This document shows, one piece after another, positions 1 through 9,462 of a DNA stretch of 64,000 nucleotides. The stretch spans positions 3,511,769 to 3,575,768 of the forward strand of contig NZ_OY761461.1 in NCBI RefSeq assembly GCF_963664555.1. The letters are read 5' to 3'. This DNA is from Labilibaculum sp. (lineage in GTDB: Bacteria > Bacteroidota > Bacteroidia > Bacteroidales > Marinifilaceae). Numbering within the stretch: position 1 is the stretch's first letter; every line of letters starts with the position of its first letter. The translations under genes were made by a program, and so were the position numbers. A model generated the notes under the pieces. The model was not told where the DNA came from, searched no databases, and saw nothing but the letters and a program-made list of their open reading frames with translations.

Positions 1-231
1 TCGTATTCCCTACTCCTGATTGCTTACGGCATCTGGAAGAATAAAAAACATGTGCGGATTGGTGCAATTGGATTATTTGCACTTACATTGGCAAAACTCT
101 TCTTTTACGACATCTCGCATTTGAGTACAATCGCAAAAACCATAGCATTTGTTTTATTGGGAATACTTCTTTTGATTATTTCGTTCCTGTACAACAAATA
201 CAAGAGCAATATGACTGAGGAAGAAATCTAA
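1..231 (+). CDS. 3' end of a DUF2339-like multi-pass membrane protein (partial, starts before window)
   Basis: Frame 1 is open from base 1 to TAA at 229-231: SYSLLLIAYGIWKNKKHVRIGAIGLFALTLAKLFFYDISHLSTIAKTIAFVLLGILLLIISFLYNKY. This resembles the DUF2339 C-terminus (KLFxxD...F..LG.LLL..S.LY), and the family usually precedes DUF3999. Confidence 0.75.
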   Translation, partial: SYSLLLIAYGIWKNKKHVRIGAIGLFALTLAKLFFYDISHLSTIAKTIAFVLLGILLLIISFLYNKYKSNMTEEEI

Positions 232-256
232 AACAAAAAACACAATTTATTTTTAG

Positions 257-1534
257 TTGGTTTCGCTTAAATATTCTATTAAACTTACTCTCATGAAAAA
301 TAAGGCCTGTTTCATACTATTGCTTTTTGCATTTACCAATTCCTTTGGCCAGCAGAATAATTTCAACTTCAAAAGAGAAATTATTGGTACAAATGATCAA
401 TGGCACAAACTGGAACTACCGAATGAAATTCTAGCGAAGCTTTCCCCGAACCTGAACGATATCAGAATCACAGGTGTTTCTGAGCAAAATGACACGCTTG
501 AAGCACCCTACATTATACATTCCACCGAAGATCAAATAAAAAATGTAAATGTTGACTTTAAATTATTGAATCAATCGAGGGATAAAAACGGCTATTACTT
601 CACCTTTAAAGTTCCCACCTCAAATTCAATAAATCAGATTCAGTTGAATTTTGAACAAGAGAATTTCGACTGGAAAACAAGTCTTGAAGGAAGTCAGGAT
701 CAACAAAATTGGTATACTCTTGTCGAGGATTACAGAATACTATCCATTAACAATGCACACACCAATTATCAGTTTTCGAAACTTAATTTCCCGAATGCCA
801 ATTATTCTTTTTACAGAATAGGAATTAAAAGCGCAGAAAAACCGAAGCTGAAAAGTGCAGCATTATCTCTTACAGAGATTGTAAAAGGAAAGTCGCGTAA
901 TTACAAAATAAAGAAAATAAACACCTTTGAAAACAAAAAGCTTCAACAGACTGAGGTAGACATTGATCTGGAATCACCCGTTTTGATAAATGATCTTAAA
1001 ATCAACATTCGTGAATCGTTTGATTATTACAGGCCGGTTCACATTCAGTATGTAACGGATAGTACCCAAACCGAACAGGGATGGAAATACAACTATCAAA
1101 CCCTTGCTTCGGGCACGCTCAACTCCATCGAAAAAAATAAGTTTAAATTCAATAACACCCTGGCTCAGCATGTAAAAATCATCATCAAAAATTCGGACAA
1201 TGAGGCGCTTAGCATTAGCAATATTGAAATAGAAGGCTCTATTTATGAGTTAGTGGTTCGGTTTTCGAAACCCGCCAAATATTTCCTGATCTATGGAAAC
1301 AGCGATGCACGAAAACCACATTATGACATCTCCCGATTTTCAGACAACATCCCCCAATCAATCACAACACTTGCCCTTGGTGATGAAGAAATAATTACAA
1401 AATCCGAATCGCCTAAAGCGGAACCCCTTTTTGCCGATGAAAAATGGTTGTGGGCGGTTATGGCTCTCATCATACTAATTCTTGGAGGCTTCACTCTAAA
1501 AATGATGAAAAAAACGGACGAAAGAGAAGTTTAA
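257..1534 (+). CDS. DUF3999-like exported protein with C-terminal membrane anchor (likely start ATG 293)
   Basis: Signal peptide MKNKACFILLLFAFTNSFG, beta-rich body, 'P.YDI..F' motif, C-terminal TM helix WLWAVMALIILILGGFTLKMMKK. Confidence 0.7.
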   Translation: MVSLKYSIKLTLMKNKACFILLLFAFTNSFGQQNNFNFKREIIGTNDQWHKLELPNEILAKLSPNLNDIRITGVSEQNDTLEAPYIIHSTEDQIKNVNVDFKLLNQSRDKNGYYFTFKVPTSNSINQIQLNFEQENFDWKTSLEGSQDQQNWYTLVEDYRILSINNAHTNYQFSKLNFPNANYSFYRIGIKSAEKPKLKSAALSLTEIVKGKSRNYKIKKINTFENKKLQQTEVDIDLESPVLINDLKINIRESFDYYRPVHIQYVTDSTQTEQGWKYNYQTLASGTLNSIEKNKFKFNNTLAQHVKIIIKNSDNEALSISNIEIEGSIYELVVRFSKPAKYFLIYGNSDARKPHYDISRFSDNIPQSITTLALGDEEIITKSESPKAEPLFADEKWLWAVMALIILILGGFTLKMMKKTDEREV

Positions 1535-1889
1535 ATTTCACTTGCCCGCAAATCTTTTTGTGCTTTTCTGCAAAAAAATAAGCTCCTTCCCTAGCTGTTC
1601 ATTCAAAACACAACGGTTTACTCATTTTTTTCTGAAAGCAAACTTTACTTCCGGTATTTTTTGCTAATCTGTTTGCTTTTCATAACTTCGGAAACGCTTT
1701 TGCTTTACCTGAGTAGGAAATAAACTCTCCTGCAAAACAAGACTTGCATTTTCAGTGAAAAACAGAGAGTTTCCATCTCAAAAACAGAAGCCTGCAACAA
1801 ACAACCGATAAGTAATTTAAAGAGCTTAGCACTTTGCTGATATTATTGTGTTTCAGGCAAAGCCAACGCACGAAGAAAAATAATATACA

Positions 1890-4800
1890 ATGATAGAAAT
1901 ACCAAAACCACTTATAGAACAAATAAAGGAAGGAAATGTAGTACTTTTTCTAGGGGCTGGTGCCTTAAAAGGAGCAATCCATAAAGATGGAAAAGATGCG
2001 CCATCTGGTCCTCAATTAGCAGAATTAATAGCAAATAAATTCTTAGAAGAAGGCTTATCAGATTCTTCTTTACAAATGGTTTCTGAAATCGCCATGTCGG
2101 AAACTAGTCTTTATCTGGTCCAAAAGTTTATAGCTGACTTTTTTGATGGTTTTGAACCTAATGATTTTCATAAAAAAATACCACTATATAGATGGCAGAC
2201 GATTGTTACCACAAACTATGACCTTGTTATAGAAAAGGCATATAGTCAATGTGATAATCCTAAACAAACACAAGTCAAATTTGTACGTGATGAACGAATT
2301 AATGACAAACTTAAAACGGTCAATGACCTACCTTTTATAAAATTGCATGGTTGTATTACTATAATTAATGATCCAGGGTTGCCGTTAATATTAACCACAG
2401 ACCAGTATGTAACTCATAAAAAAAATAGGACTCGACTTTTTGAGAGAATTAATGACTTAGCTAGGCAATACACCTTTTTATTTGTAGGACATAGTTTAGA
2501 AGATAGTGATATTCGGGAAGTACTCCTTAATTTGGGCAATGATTTAACAGCTCGAATGAGATCGTATATTGTTACTCCAGATGTTAAACCTGCATTGGAA
2601 AGATATTGGGGAACAAAAAAAATCACAACATTAAGTTGTCGCTTTTCAGAATTTATGGATGAACTAGAGAAAAAAATTGATACAAACTCTATACCCGATG
2701 GAAACTCATTAAATATTCATGCTAATAGTGGTCATCCTGTACTGCAAAAATTATTTAACTCTTCACGTAAACCAAGTGAGATTCTAATAAATTTCATATC
2801 TAACGATATAATATACCCTAAAAAATCTCATCTCCAATTTGAGCCAATTTTAGCTAATGAGTTTTATAAAGGTAATGTCAATAGTTTTGCCCCAATTGCA
2901 GAAGAGTTTGATGTGAGGCGCCAAATAGAAAGTGGAATACTTTCTGAAGTATTTGTTGATGTTGGTAAAGAAGATTTTAGCATCCATGTATATAGTATTC
3001 TTGGACACGCAGGTTCTGGTAAAACAGTTTTTCTAAATAGGCTAGCATGGGAAGTGGTTAATACTCTAAATAAAAACTGCTATATTCTAAAGAAAGATAT
3101 TCTTTTAGATGCCGACGCTGTTCTTGAACTATACTCTTTATTAAAGGAACGCATTTATTTGATAGTAGATAATGCAAATTATAATGAAGTTGAACTCAAC
3201 AACTTAATTGAGCGAGCCAAAAAAGATAATGTTCCGTTAACCATTCTGACAGCTGAAAGAACAAACATATGGAATGTCGAATGTGGTAGAATTAAAAATC
3301 ACGTAGAGCATTCTTATCGTTTACAATATTTAAGTGAAAAAGAAATTGATGATTTACTTGATTTACTCGATATGAATAATTGTCTAAATCATCTAAAAGG
3401 AAAATCTAGAGAACACCAGCGAAAGGAGTTTGGTGAACAGGCAGGTCGTGAACTCTTAGTTGCACTATATGAAGCAACACAAGGAAAATCTTTTCAGGAA
3501 ATTGTTTACGATGAATATCAGTCCATCCCAGATGAACAAGCTAAAAGTATTTATTTAACAATCTGTTTACTACATAGTTTAGGCTCGTACACAAGAGCGG
3601 GGTTATTATCGCGTGTTCACAGCGTAAATTTCGACGATTTTAAAACGAAATTCTTTGCCCCACTTGAGTATTTAGTATTTAGTAGACGAGATTATTATAT
3701 TAATGATTTTGTTTACGAAGCACGACACCAACTAATAGCTGAATTTGTTGTCAATAATGTTTTATCAAATGAGCAACTGCGTTATGATGAGTATATCAAG
3801 CTATTAAATAACCTTGATATCGATTATGATTCTGATAGGAAAGTATTTTTGTTTTTAACAAATGCAAAAAAACTGCTTAGATTTTTCAAGTCGCCTGATA
3901 AAATTAGAAGGATATATGAAATGGCTAAAGAACAAAGTTATGAGGATGCCAAATTATATCAACAAGAAGCTATTTTTGAAATGGAAAGTAATGGAGGTAG
4001 TATTGATAAGGCTGAAAAACTTCTATATAAAGCAGATGAACTAACTGATAACAAAGATCCTTTAATTAGACATTCATTATCAGAGCTTCTTTTTACTAAA
4101 GCAAGTAATGCAAAAACAAGTCTAGAACGTAAAAAATTGCTCAATGAAGTAGATAAACTGTGTCAAAGTCTAATAAAAAAACGAAACTTTTCTGCCCATC
4201 CTTTTCATACTGCAATAAAATCAAAACTACTTTTAATAAGTGATTATATAGAGAATTCTGAAACATTTGCTCTTGAAAAGTTAATTAAAGAAACAGAGAG
4301 TTTAATATCACTAGCGATTCAACAATTTCCTGATGAACCACATATTATAGAAGCAGAATCTCATTTTAATACATTGATAAATAATGAACCAAAGGCACTT
4401 TCTTTATTAGAAAAAGCATTTGAGGTCAATAAAAATAGCCCATATCTATCTAAACGTTTAGCTTCTGTCTATGAATCAAATGACAGTCTAGATAAAGCAA
4501 TCTCAACAGTTAAGGCAACTTTAAATACAAATGCTGGCGATAGAGATTTGAATTTTAAACTCGCACTTCTATTAATCAAAAAAGACGAAGAAAATGAATT
4601 ACCAAATATCAAGCATCATCTTCGTAGAAGCTTTTCGCCAAAGGATAATAGATATCATGCTCAATTTTGGTATGCTCGGGCTTTATATTTATCAGATGAG
4701 ATACCTGATTCCCAAAAATCTTTTGATTTATTGAAATCAGCCAATTTAGACCCTAAAATAAAAACTAAACTTAGAGGTTTTATCAAAGACAACGATAATT

Positions 4801-5033
4801 TAAAAATCTTTAAAGGTGAGATTTATAATTTACACTCAAACTATGGATTTATAAAGCGAGATGGATTAGGTGATACAATTTACTTCTTTATGCATGCATC
4901 AGCATTACCAGATGATGAACAAGTCGATTTTGCAGATAATTTGTTTGACAATTTAAGGCGTGGGGCAAGAGTTGAGTTTAATTTGGGATTTAACTATAGA
5001 GGTCCTATAGCAGTTAATCTAAAGCCTGAATAG
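1890..5033 (+). CDS. SIR2-like NADase + STAND P-loop NTPase + TPR + C-terminal cold-shock (OB) domain protein; AVAST type 5 (Avs5)-like antiphage candidate
   Basis: SIR2_2 motifs VLFLGAG, TTNYD, KLHG, FVGHSLED. Walker A GHAGSGKT (3003-3026), Walker B IYLIVDNA, winged-helix motif RHQLIAE. Helical TPR-like region. C-terminal RNP1/RNP2-like YGFI...FFMH and VEF...GPIAVNL. Confidence 0.85.
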   Translation: MIEIPKPLIEQIKEGNVVLFLGAGALKGAIHKDGKDAPSGPQLAELIANKFLEEGLSDSSLQMVSEIAMSETSLYLVQKFIADFFDGFEPNDFHKKIPLYRWQTIVTTNYDLVIEKAYSQCDNPKQTQVKFVRDERINDKLKTVNDLPFIKLHGCITIINDPGLPLILTTDQYVTHKKNRTRLFERINDLARQYTFLFVGHSLEDSDIREVLLNLGNDLTARMRSYIVTPDVKPALERYWGTKKITTLSCRFSEFMDELEKKIDTNSIPDGNSLNIHANSGHPVLQKLFNSSRKPSEILINFISNDIIYPKKSHLQFEPILANEFYKGNVNSFAPIAEEFDVRRQIESGILSEVFVDVGKEDFSIHVYSILGHAGSGKTVFLNRLAWEVVNTLNKNCYILKKDILLDADAVLELYSLLKERIYLIVDNANYNEVELNNLIERAKKDNVPLTILTAERTNIWNVECGRIKNHVEHSYRLQYLSEKEIDDLLDLLDMNNCLNHLKGKSREHQRKEFGEQAGRELLVALYEATQGKSFQEIVYDEYQSIPDEQAKSIYLTICLLHSLGSYTRAGLLSRVHSVNFDDFKTKFFAPLEYLVFSRRDYYINDFVYEARHQLIAEFVVNNVLSNEQLRYDEYIKLLNNLDIDYDSDRKVFLFLTNAKKLLRFFKSPDKIRRIYEMAKEQSYEDAKLYQQEAIFEMESNGGSIDKAEKLLYKADELTDNKDPLIRHSLSELLFTKASNAKTSLERKKLLNEVDKLCQSLIKKRNFSAHPFHTAIKSKLLLISDYIENSETFALEKLIKETESLISLAIQQFPDEPHIIEAESHFNTLINNEPKALSLLEKAFEVNKNSPYLSKRLASVYESNDSLDKAISTVKATLNTNAGDRDLNFKLALLLIKKDEENELPNIKHHLRRSFSPKDNRYHAQFWYARALYLSDEIPDSQKSFDLLKSANLDPKIKTKLRGFIKDNDNLKIFKGEIYNLHSNYGFIKRDGLGDTIYFFMHASALPDDEQVDFADNLFDNLRRGARVEFNLGFNYRGPIAVNLKPE

Positions 5034-5273
5034 CCATACACATTAAGTAAACACACAAATCAACCCTTCATCCAAATTTGCTAAAGTACATGTCCCACAA
5101 ACATATGGACAGACTGAGTGGGTAAAGCACGAAAACCTAATCAAGGAAACTGCCCCGCCAGCGATTACTGGCGGGGAAAACCTCTCACTCCAGACACTTC
5201 GCAGGCTCAGCATGAACCAATCGGGACTCGCATACCGAGCTTCGTCAAACAGAAGAAATAAATGCCTCACACC

Positions 5274-5301
5274 AAAGACCACCCCAAGTGGTCTTTTTTT
5301 T
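5274..5301 (+). terminator. Rho-independent terminator downstream of the SIR2-STAND gene
   Basis: Stem AAAGACCAC / GTGGTCTTT with loop CCCAA, running into a T tract. Confidence 0.75.
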
Positions 5302-5509
5302 ATGCCCCACTATCCCCTCAAACCCCCCATTTAACAATACTTCCCACACATACACACAGTCTCATTTCAAACAGCCCAGTACACATACTAAACATTTTAT
5401 TTTTATTATCCATTTTTATTGTTTACTTTCAATACCGACTTACAACTCAACACAAACTTATTGAGCTGCAATACGAATTCAATGAGCCTAAGGAAAGAAA
5501 AACAATAAA

Positions 5510-6502
5510 ATGACCGAAAACACAAACAGTTTCAACCCAATACATATCGACAATTTCGATAAACCGGAGGTAGCACCTCCACCAAGAAACATCAATACAA
5601 ATCCGCTCGATTTTTCATCAAATACAGCTGTAGCAGACCTTCAGCAACTCGAAGAAATACAAAAGCAACCCGAAGAAGAACACAATCAACCGGAAGATGT
5701 GCAGGAGCAACGCGAAGCAATGCTTGAGCAACGGGAAGAAGAGCTTGGGAAAGCAGAAGAAATGCATGAGAAGGTTGAAGATGTGCTAAATCAATCAGAA
5801 GAACCCCCACAACTAATATCAACAAATAAAACAAAATCCAAAATGACATCAAGAAGAAAAGGATCCGAAACCGACACCCTCGAACAATACAGAGTGGCGC
5901 TGACAAATGTAGAACAACAACAGGAAATTGCTGCTGCAATGACCGGATTCGGTTACGATACGGCTGCCATAGCCGAAGGCAAACTATTGTATGAAAATAT
6001 GCGAAAAGCTTACGACCTCAACAAACAGGAAGACAACGAAACACTTGAGAGTAAAATCAATCTCGATGCAATCACCGAAACTGTTGCTGAAGATTATTCG
6101 CTGGATCGTAAAAAAGCAAAAGTAATTTTCAGAAACGATCCTCTTGTTTTGCATAAATTAGCCCTATCAGGTGCTGCACCCAAAGCCTATATCAAATGGG
6201 TCGAATGCATGAAAACATTCTACAATGGGCTTGCTGCAGAACCAGAATTAATCACTAAACTTTCAAAATTAAAATTTAGTGCCGAAGACGCAGAATCCCG
6301 ACTTGCAAACATACAAGAATTAGAATCTGCACGTTCGCAGTATTTAAAAGAAGCTGGTGAATCGCAGGAAGCAACAAAAGCAAAAGATACAGCCTTTGCC
6401 GAAGTAGACAAATGGATGAGTGATTTTTATGCCGTGGCAAAAATCGCCATGGAAGACAAACCTCAGTTATTGGAATCACTTGGCCTTTTGGTACGTAACT
6501 AA
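5510..6502 (+). CDS. Hypothetical all-alpha protein with an acidic low-complexity N-terminus (alternative start ATG 5843)
   Basis: 330-aa ORF. The first ~110 aa are P/E/Q-rich; the rest is an amphipathic helical domain ending ESQEATKAKD.AF..VDKWMSDFYAVAKIAMEDKPQLLESLG. A terminator follows. Confidence 0.75.
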   Translation: MTENTNSFNPIHIDNFDKPEVAPPPRNINTNPLDFSSNTAVADLQQLEEIQKQPEEEHNQPEDVQEQREAMLEQREEELGKAEEMHEKVEDVLNQSEEPPQLISTNKTKSKMTSRRKGSETDTLEQYRVALTNVEQQQEIAAAMTGFGYDTAAIAEGKLLYENMRKAYDLNKQEDNETLESKINLDAITETVAEDYSLDRKKAKVIFRNDPLVLHKLALSGAAPKAYIKWVECMKTFYNGLAAEPELITKLSKLKFSAEDAESRLANIQELESARSQYLKEAGESQEATKAKDTAFAEVDKWMSDFYAVAKIAMEDKPQLLESLGLLVRN

Positions 6503-6536
6503 TACCCTTTTTAACTACATACAACTAAACTGGATT

Positions 6537-6568
6537 CAAAACCCATATTCATCTGAGTATGGGTTTTG
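6537..6568 (+). terminator. Terminator hairpin
   Basis: CAAAACCCATATTC-ATCT-GAGTATGGGTTTTG directly after the 5510..6502 ORF. Confidence 0.7.
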
Positions 6569-6908
6569 TTCTGCAATTGTAATATCTCTGCTGCCGCATT
6601 AGAAAAAAACAATCTGAATTGCAGTAATCGGGAAGTTGAGAACTTGTCCTTAGTTTGTATACTATAAGTTTAATAAAACCAAAATAAATAAGAAGTAAAA
6701 GAGCGCACCACCCCGACATTCAAAAATTTGTTGGTCCCCATAGATGAAGAGGACGATAAGAACAAAATTCCATGAGAGAGGAACGAACGAATATTATTTT
6801 GTTCCGTCATCAAATCGTGATGGGTAACAAAATTTTTGCCGTCTAGTCTTTTTGATTCTTTTGTGATAATGACAAAAGAATAGCCCGTCCGGCTTGAGGA
6901 CACAAAAA

Positions 6909-7391
6909 TTAAATTCCTCTTGCCCTCAAAGCATTCCTAGATGCTCGATCCACCAATGTAAACAACTGATCAACCTGATCTTTCTGCCTGAAAACTTTGT
7001 GTCCTTTCACCTTCACAAATTCGCAAGTTAAACGATCGGTCAGTCTGTAAAATTCCTGATACAATTTGTGGTTGGCGATCAATTTTCCATTTTTGGAACA
7101 ATAGCCGTTTTTTTCAAAACGCTCTCTCCTCGCAGGCAAACCAATAATATTCTGAGAATCGGTGTATACAATTACATGGCAATTGTCCGAATCAATTTCA
7201 TTCAGAGCCGATAATAAAACCTGCAGCTCCAGTTTTGTAGAAGAAGTATTTTCGAAACGATTCAGTTTTACCAGAGTTTTAGCTTCATCCAGTGAGACAT
7301 TCAAATCCTGTAAAAGAAGAACGGCTCCAAAACCAATTTTAGATTGCGGATTTACACTTCCATCGGTAAATAAAAAAAGCTGATTACTCAT
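6909..7391 (-). CDS. rnhA: Ribonuclease HI family protein
   Basis: FTDGS (first catalytic Asp), STKLEL (Glu), VYTDSQ (Asp), KVKGH, final VDRAS. Overlaps the truA stop codon. Confidence 0.85.
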   Translation of the reverse strand: MSNQLFLFTDGSVNPQSKIGFGAVLLLQDLNVSLDEAKTLVKLNRFENTSSTKLELQVLLSALNEIDSDNCHVIVYTDSQNIIGLPARRERFEKNGYCSKNGKLIANHKLYQEFYRLTDRLTCEFVKVKGHKVFRQKDQVDQLFTLVDRASRNALRARGI

Positions 7392-8148
7392 CTTCTATTC
7401 TTAAACCATCCGGATACTCAATTTTGGCGAGAAACAAGCCATGACCAGGCACCGAAGAACCTGCATTCGATCGGTTCTTGCTTTCAATCACCTCACGAAA
7501 ACCAGCCAAATCCATTTTTCCCCGTCCAACTTCAATCAAAGTCCCAACAATGGCACGAACCATATTACGAAGAAAGCGGTCGGCCTTAATCGTGAATACC
7601 AGTTCATCATCCGTCTCCATCCATTCAGCTATCGATATCCTGCAGTTGTTTGTTTTTACATCTGTATGCAATTTACTAAAGCTTGTAAAATCGATGTATT
7701 CGAACAGAATTTTTGCCGCCTCGTTCATTTTCGAAACATTCAGCTCATGCTGATTTTTCCAATGCGACTCCATTCGAAACGGATTTTTATGCTTGGTAAT
7801 TTTATAATGATAAGTTCTGGAAACGGCATCGAAACGGGTATGTGCATCAGATTTCACCCGAAACACTTCACGAATGGCAATGTCATGAGGCAAAAAACGG
7901 TTCAGTTTAAAAGCCAACTTTCCGCAGTCGAACCGACAGTTTTCATCCACCTCGAAATGAGCCATAAAATCGCTGGCATGCACACCTGTATCCGTTCTTC
8001 CGCAGCCAACCACATTTATTGGCTGATTTAAAATAGTAGACAAGGCCTTATTTAACTCCTCCTGAACAGAACTGGCATTCGGCTGAATCTGCCAACCATG
8101 ATAGTTTGTTCCTTTATAACTTAGGCGAATAAAATATCGTTTCTTCAA
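7384..8148 (-). CDS. truA: tRNA pseudouridine(38-40) synthase (start placed at TTG 8148; ORF track extends to 8235)
   Basis: YKGTNYHGWQIQ, GCGRTDTGVHA (catalytic Asp), ADRFLRNMVRAIVGTL, GHGLFL. Confidence 0.95.
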   Translation of the reverse strand: MKKRYFIRLSYKGTNYHGWQIQPNASSVQEELNKALSTILNQPINVVGCGRTDTGVHASDFMAHFEVDENCRFDCGKLAFKLNRFLPHDIAIREVFRVKSDAHTRFDAVSRTYHYKITKHKNPFRMESHWKNQHELNVSKMNEAAKILFEYIDFTSFSKLHTDVKTNNCRISIAEWMETDDELVFTIKADRFLRNMVRAIVGTLIEVGRGKMDLAGFREVIESKNRSNAGSSVPGHGLFLAKIEYPDGLRIEDE

Positions 8149-8174
8149 TTCAAATAGTATTTTCTGATTCTCCC

Positions 8175-8182
8175 CAAAAGTA
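8175..8182 (-). promoter_or_regulatory. Bacteroidota -7 promoter box for truA
   Basis: TACTTTTG on the minus strand matches TAnnTTTG, about 27 nt upstream of the TTG start. Confidence 0.55.
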
Positions 8183-8291
8183 AGCATTTTTACCAAGCCC
8201 AAAAATGAAAGAACTAAGGAAAAAAGAGAACACACTTTCTACTATTAGACAATAACTGCTAAGACTAGTCAATTAGGAATTAGCTTTGACA

Positions 8292-8326
8292 CTTTATTCT
8301 TGTAACTTTATACTTTACACTTGTTC
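8292..8326. repeat. Degenerate heptamer tandem repeat
   Basis: CTTTATT CTTGTAA CTTTATA CTTTACA CTTGTTC in the divergent truA/moxR intergenic region. Confidence 0.6.
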
Positions 8327-8393
8327 CCAGGAGTCTCCCAAAACCATTAACAATTTTTAACGGGCATGCATTTTCATAAAACACTCAAAGGTT

Positions 8394-8401
8394 TATCTTT
8401 G
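8394..8401 (+). promoter_or_regulatory. Bacteroidota -7 promoter box for the moxR-bat operon
   Basis: TATCTTTG matches TAnnTTTG, about 65 nt upstream of the moxR ATG. Confidence 0.55.
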
Positions 8402-8466
8402 TAAAGGTTTTCTGAAAAATCAGATTCTTTTTATGTAAATTTTTCAAGTAATTAAATATATTTCTA

Positions 8467-9462
8467 ATGATCCAAACAGTTGATATCAAAGAACTAAATG
8501 AACGCATCCAAAGAGAAAGTTCCTTTGTGGATATGATTTCTATGGAAATGAACAAAGTTATTGTTGGTCAAAAGCACCTTGTTGAAAGCTTATTGATAGG
8601 ATTACTTTCGAATGGTCATATATTACTGGAAGGGGTTCCCGGACTGGCAAAAACACTTGCAATCAGCACACTTGCAACTACCATAGAAGCTGAATTTAGC
8701 CGTATTCAGTTTACTCCTGACCTGTTGCCTGCCGATTTGTTGGGTACCATGATTTACAGTCAGAAAAAAGAAGAATTTGTAGTAAAAAAAGGACCTCTTT
8801 TCGCCAACTTTATTCTTGCTGATGAGATCAACCGTGCCCCGGCAAAAGTACAGGCTGCCTTATTGGAAGCCATGCAGGAGCGTCAAATCACCATCGGCGA
8901 CACCACCTATAAATTAAAAGAACCGTTTTTGGTTATGGCCACTCAAAATCCGATTGAGCAGGAAGGAACTTATCCTCTGCCGGAAGCACAGGTGGACCGT
9001 TTTATGCTGAAAGTGGTGATCAATTACCCTAAAAAAGATGAAGAGCAGCTAATTATGCGTCAGAATCTTTTGAAGGTATTTCCAAAAGCCGCTCAAATCT
9101 TAAAACCGGAAGACATTAATAAAGCACGTGATGTGGTTAAAGATGTTTACATGGATGAAAAGATTGAAAAATACATTGTAGACATCATTTTTGCAACCCG
9201 TTTCCCTGCCGATTACGGATTGGAGCAATTCAAGGATATGATCGCATTTGGCGGATCGCCCCGTGCCAGTATCAGTTTGGCCGCTGCAGCAAAAGCTTAT
9301 GCCTTTATTAAACGCAGAGGTTATGTAATTCCTGAAGATATCCGTGCCGTTTGTCATGACGTACTGCGTCACAGAATTGGATTGACATATGAAGCTGAGG
9401 CAAACAATATCACCAGTGAGAACATCATTAGTGAAATCCTGAATACTGTTGAAGTGCCATAG
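8467..9462 (+). CDS. moxR: MoxR family AAA+ ATPase of the Bat operon
   Basis: Walker A GVPGLAKT, RIQFTPDLLPAD, Walker B LADEINRA, ATQNPIEQEGTYPLPEAQVDRF, SPRA. Confidence 0.95.
   Translation: MIQTVDIKELNERIQRESSFVDMISMEMNKVIVGQKHLVESLLIGLLSNGHILLEGVPGLAKTLAISTLATTIEAEFSRIQFTPDLLPADLLGTMIYSQKKEEFVVKKGPLFANFILADEINRAPAKVQAALLEAMQERQITIGDTTYKLKEPFLVMATQNPIEQEGTYPLPEAQVDRFMLKVVINYPKKDEEQLIMRQNLLKVFPKAAQILKPEDINKARDVVKDVYMDEKIEKYIVDIIFATRFPADYGLEQFKDMIAFGGSPRASISLAAAAKAYAFIKRRGYVIPEDIRAVCHDVLRHRIGLTYEAEANNITSENIISEILNTVEVP

Noticed and set aside
5043-5513. Short ORFs 5043..5282 (-) and 5262..5513 (+)
   Set aside because: They overlap hairpins and a terminator and have biased composition with no protein-like features; treated as non-coding.
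6670-6903. 77-aa ORF downstream of rnhA
   Set aside because: Non-ATG start and no motifs; a decayed membrane gene cannot be excluded but is unsupported.
7441-8031. 196-aa plus-strand ORF
   Set aside because: Fully antisense to truA, with no motifs.
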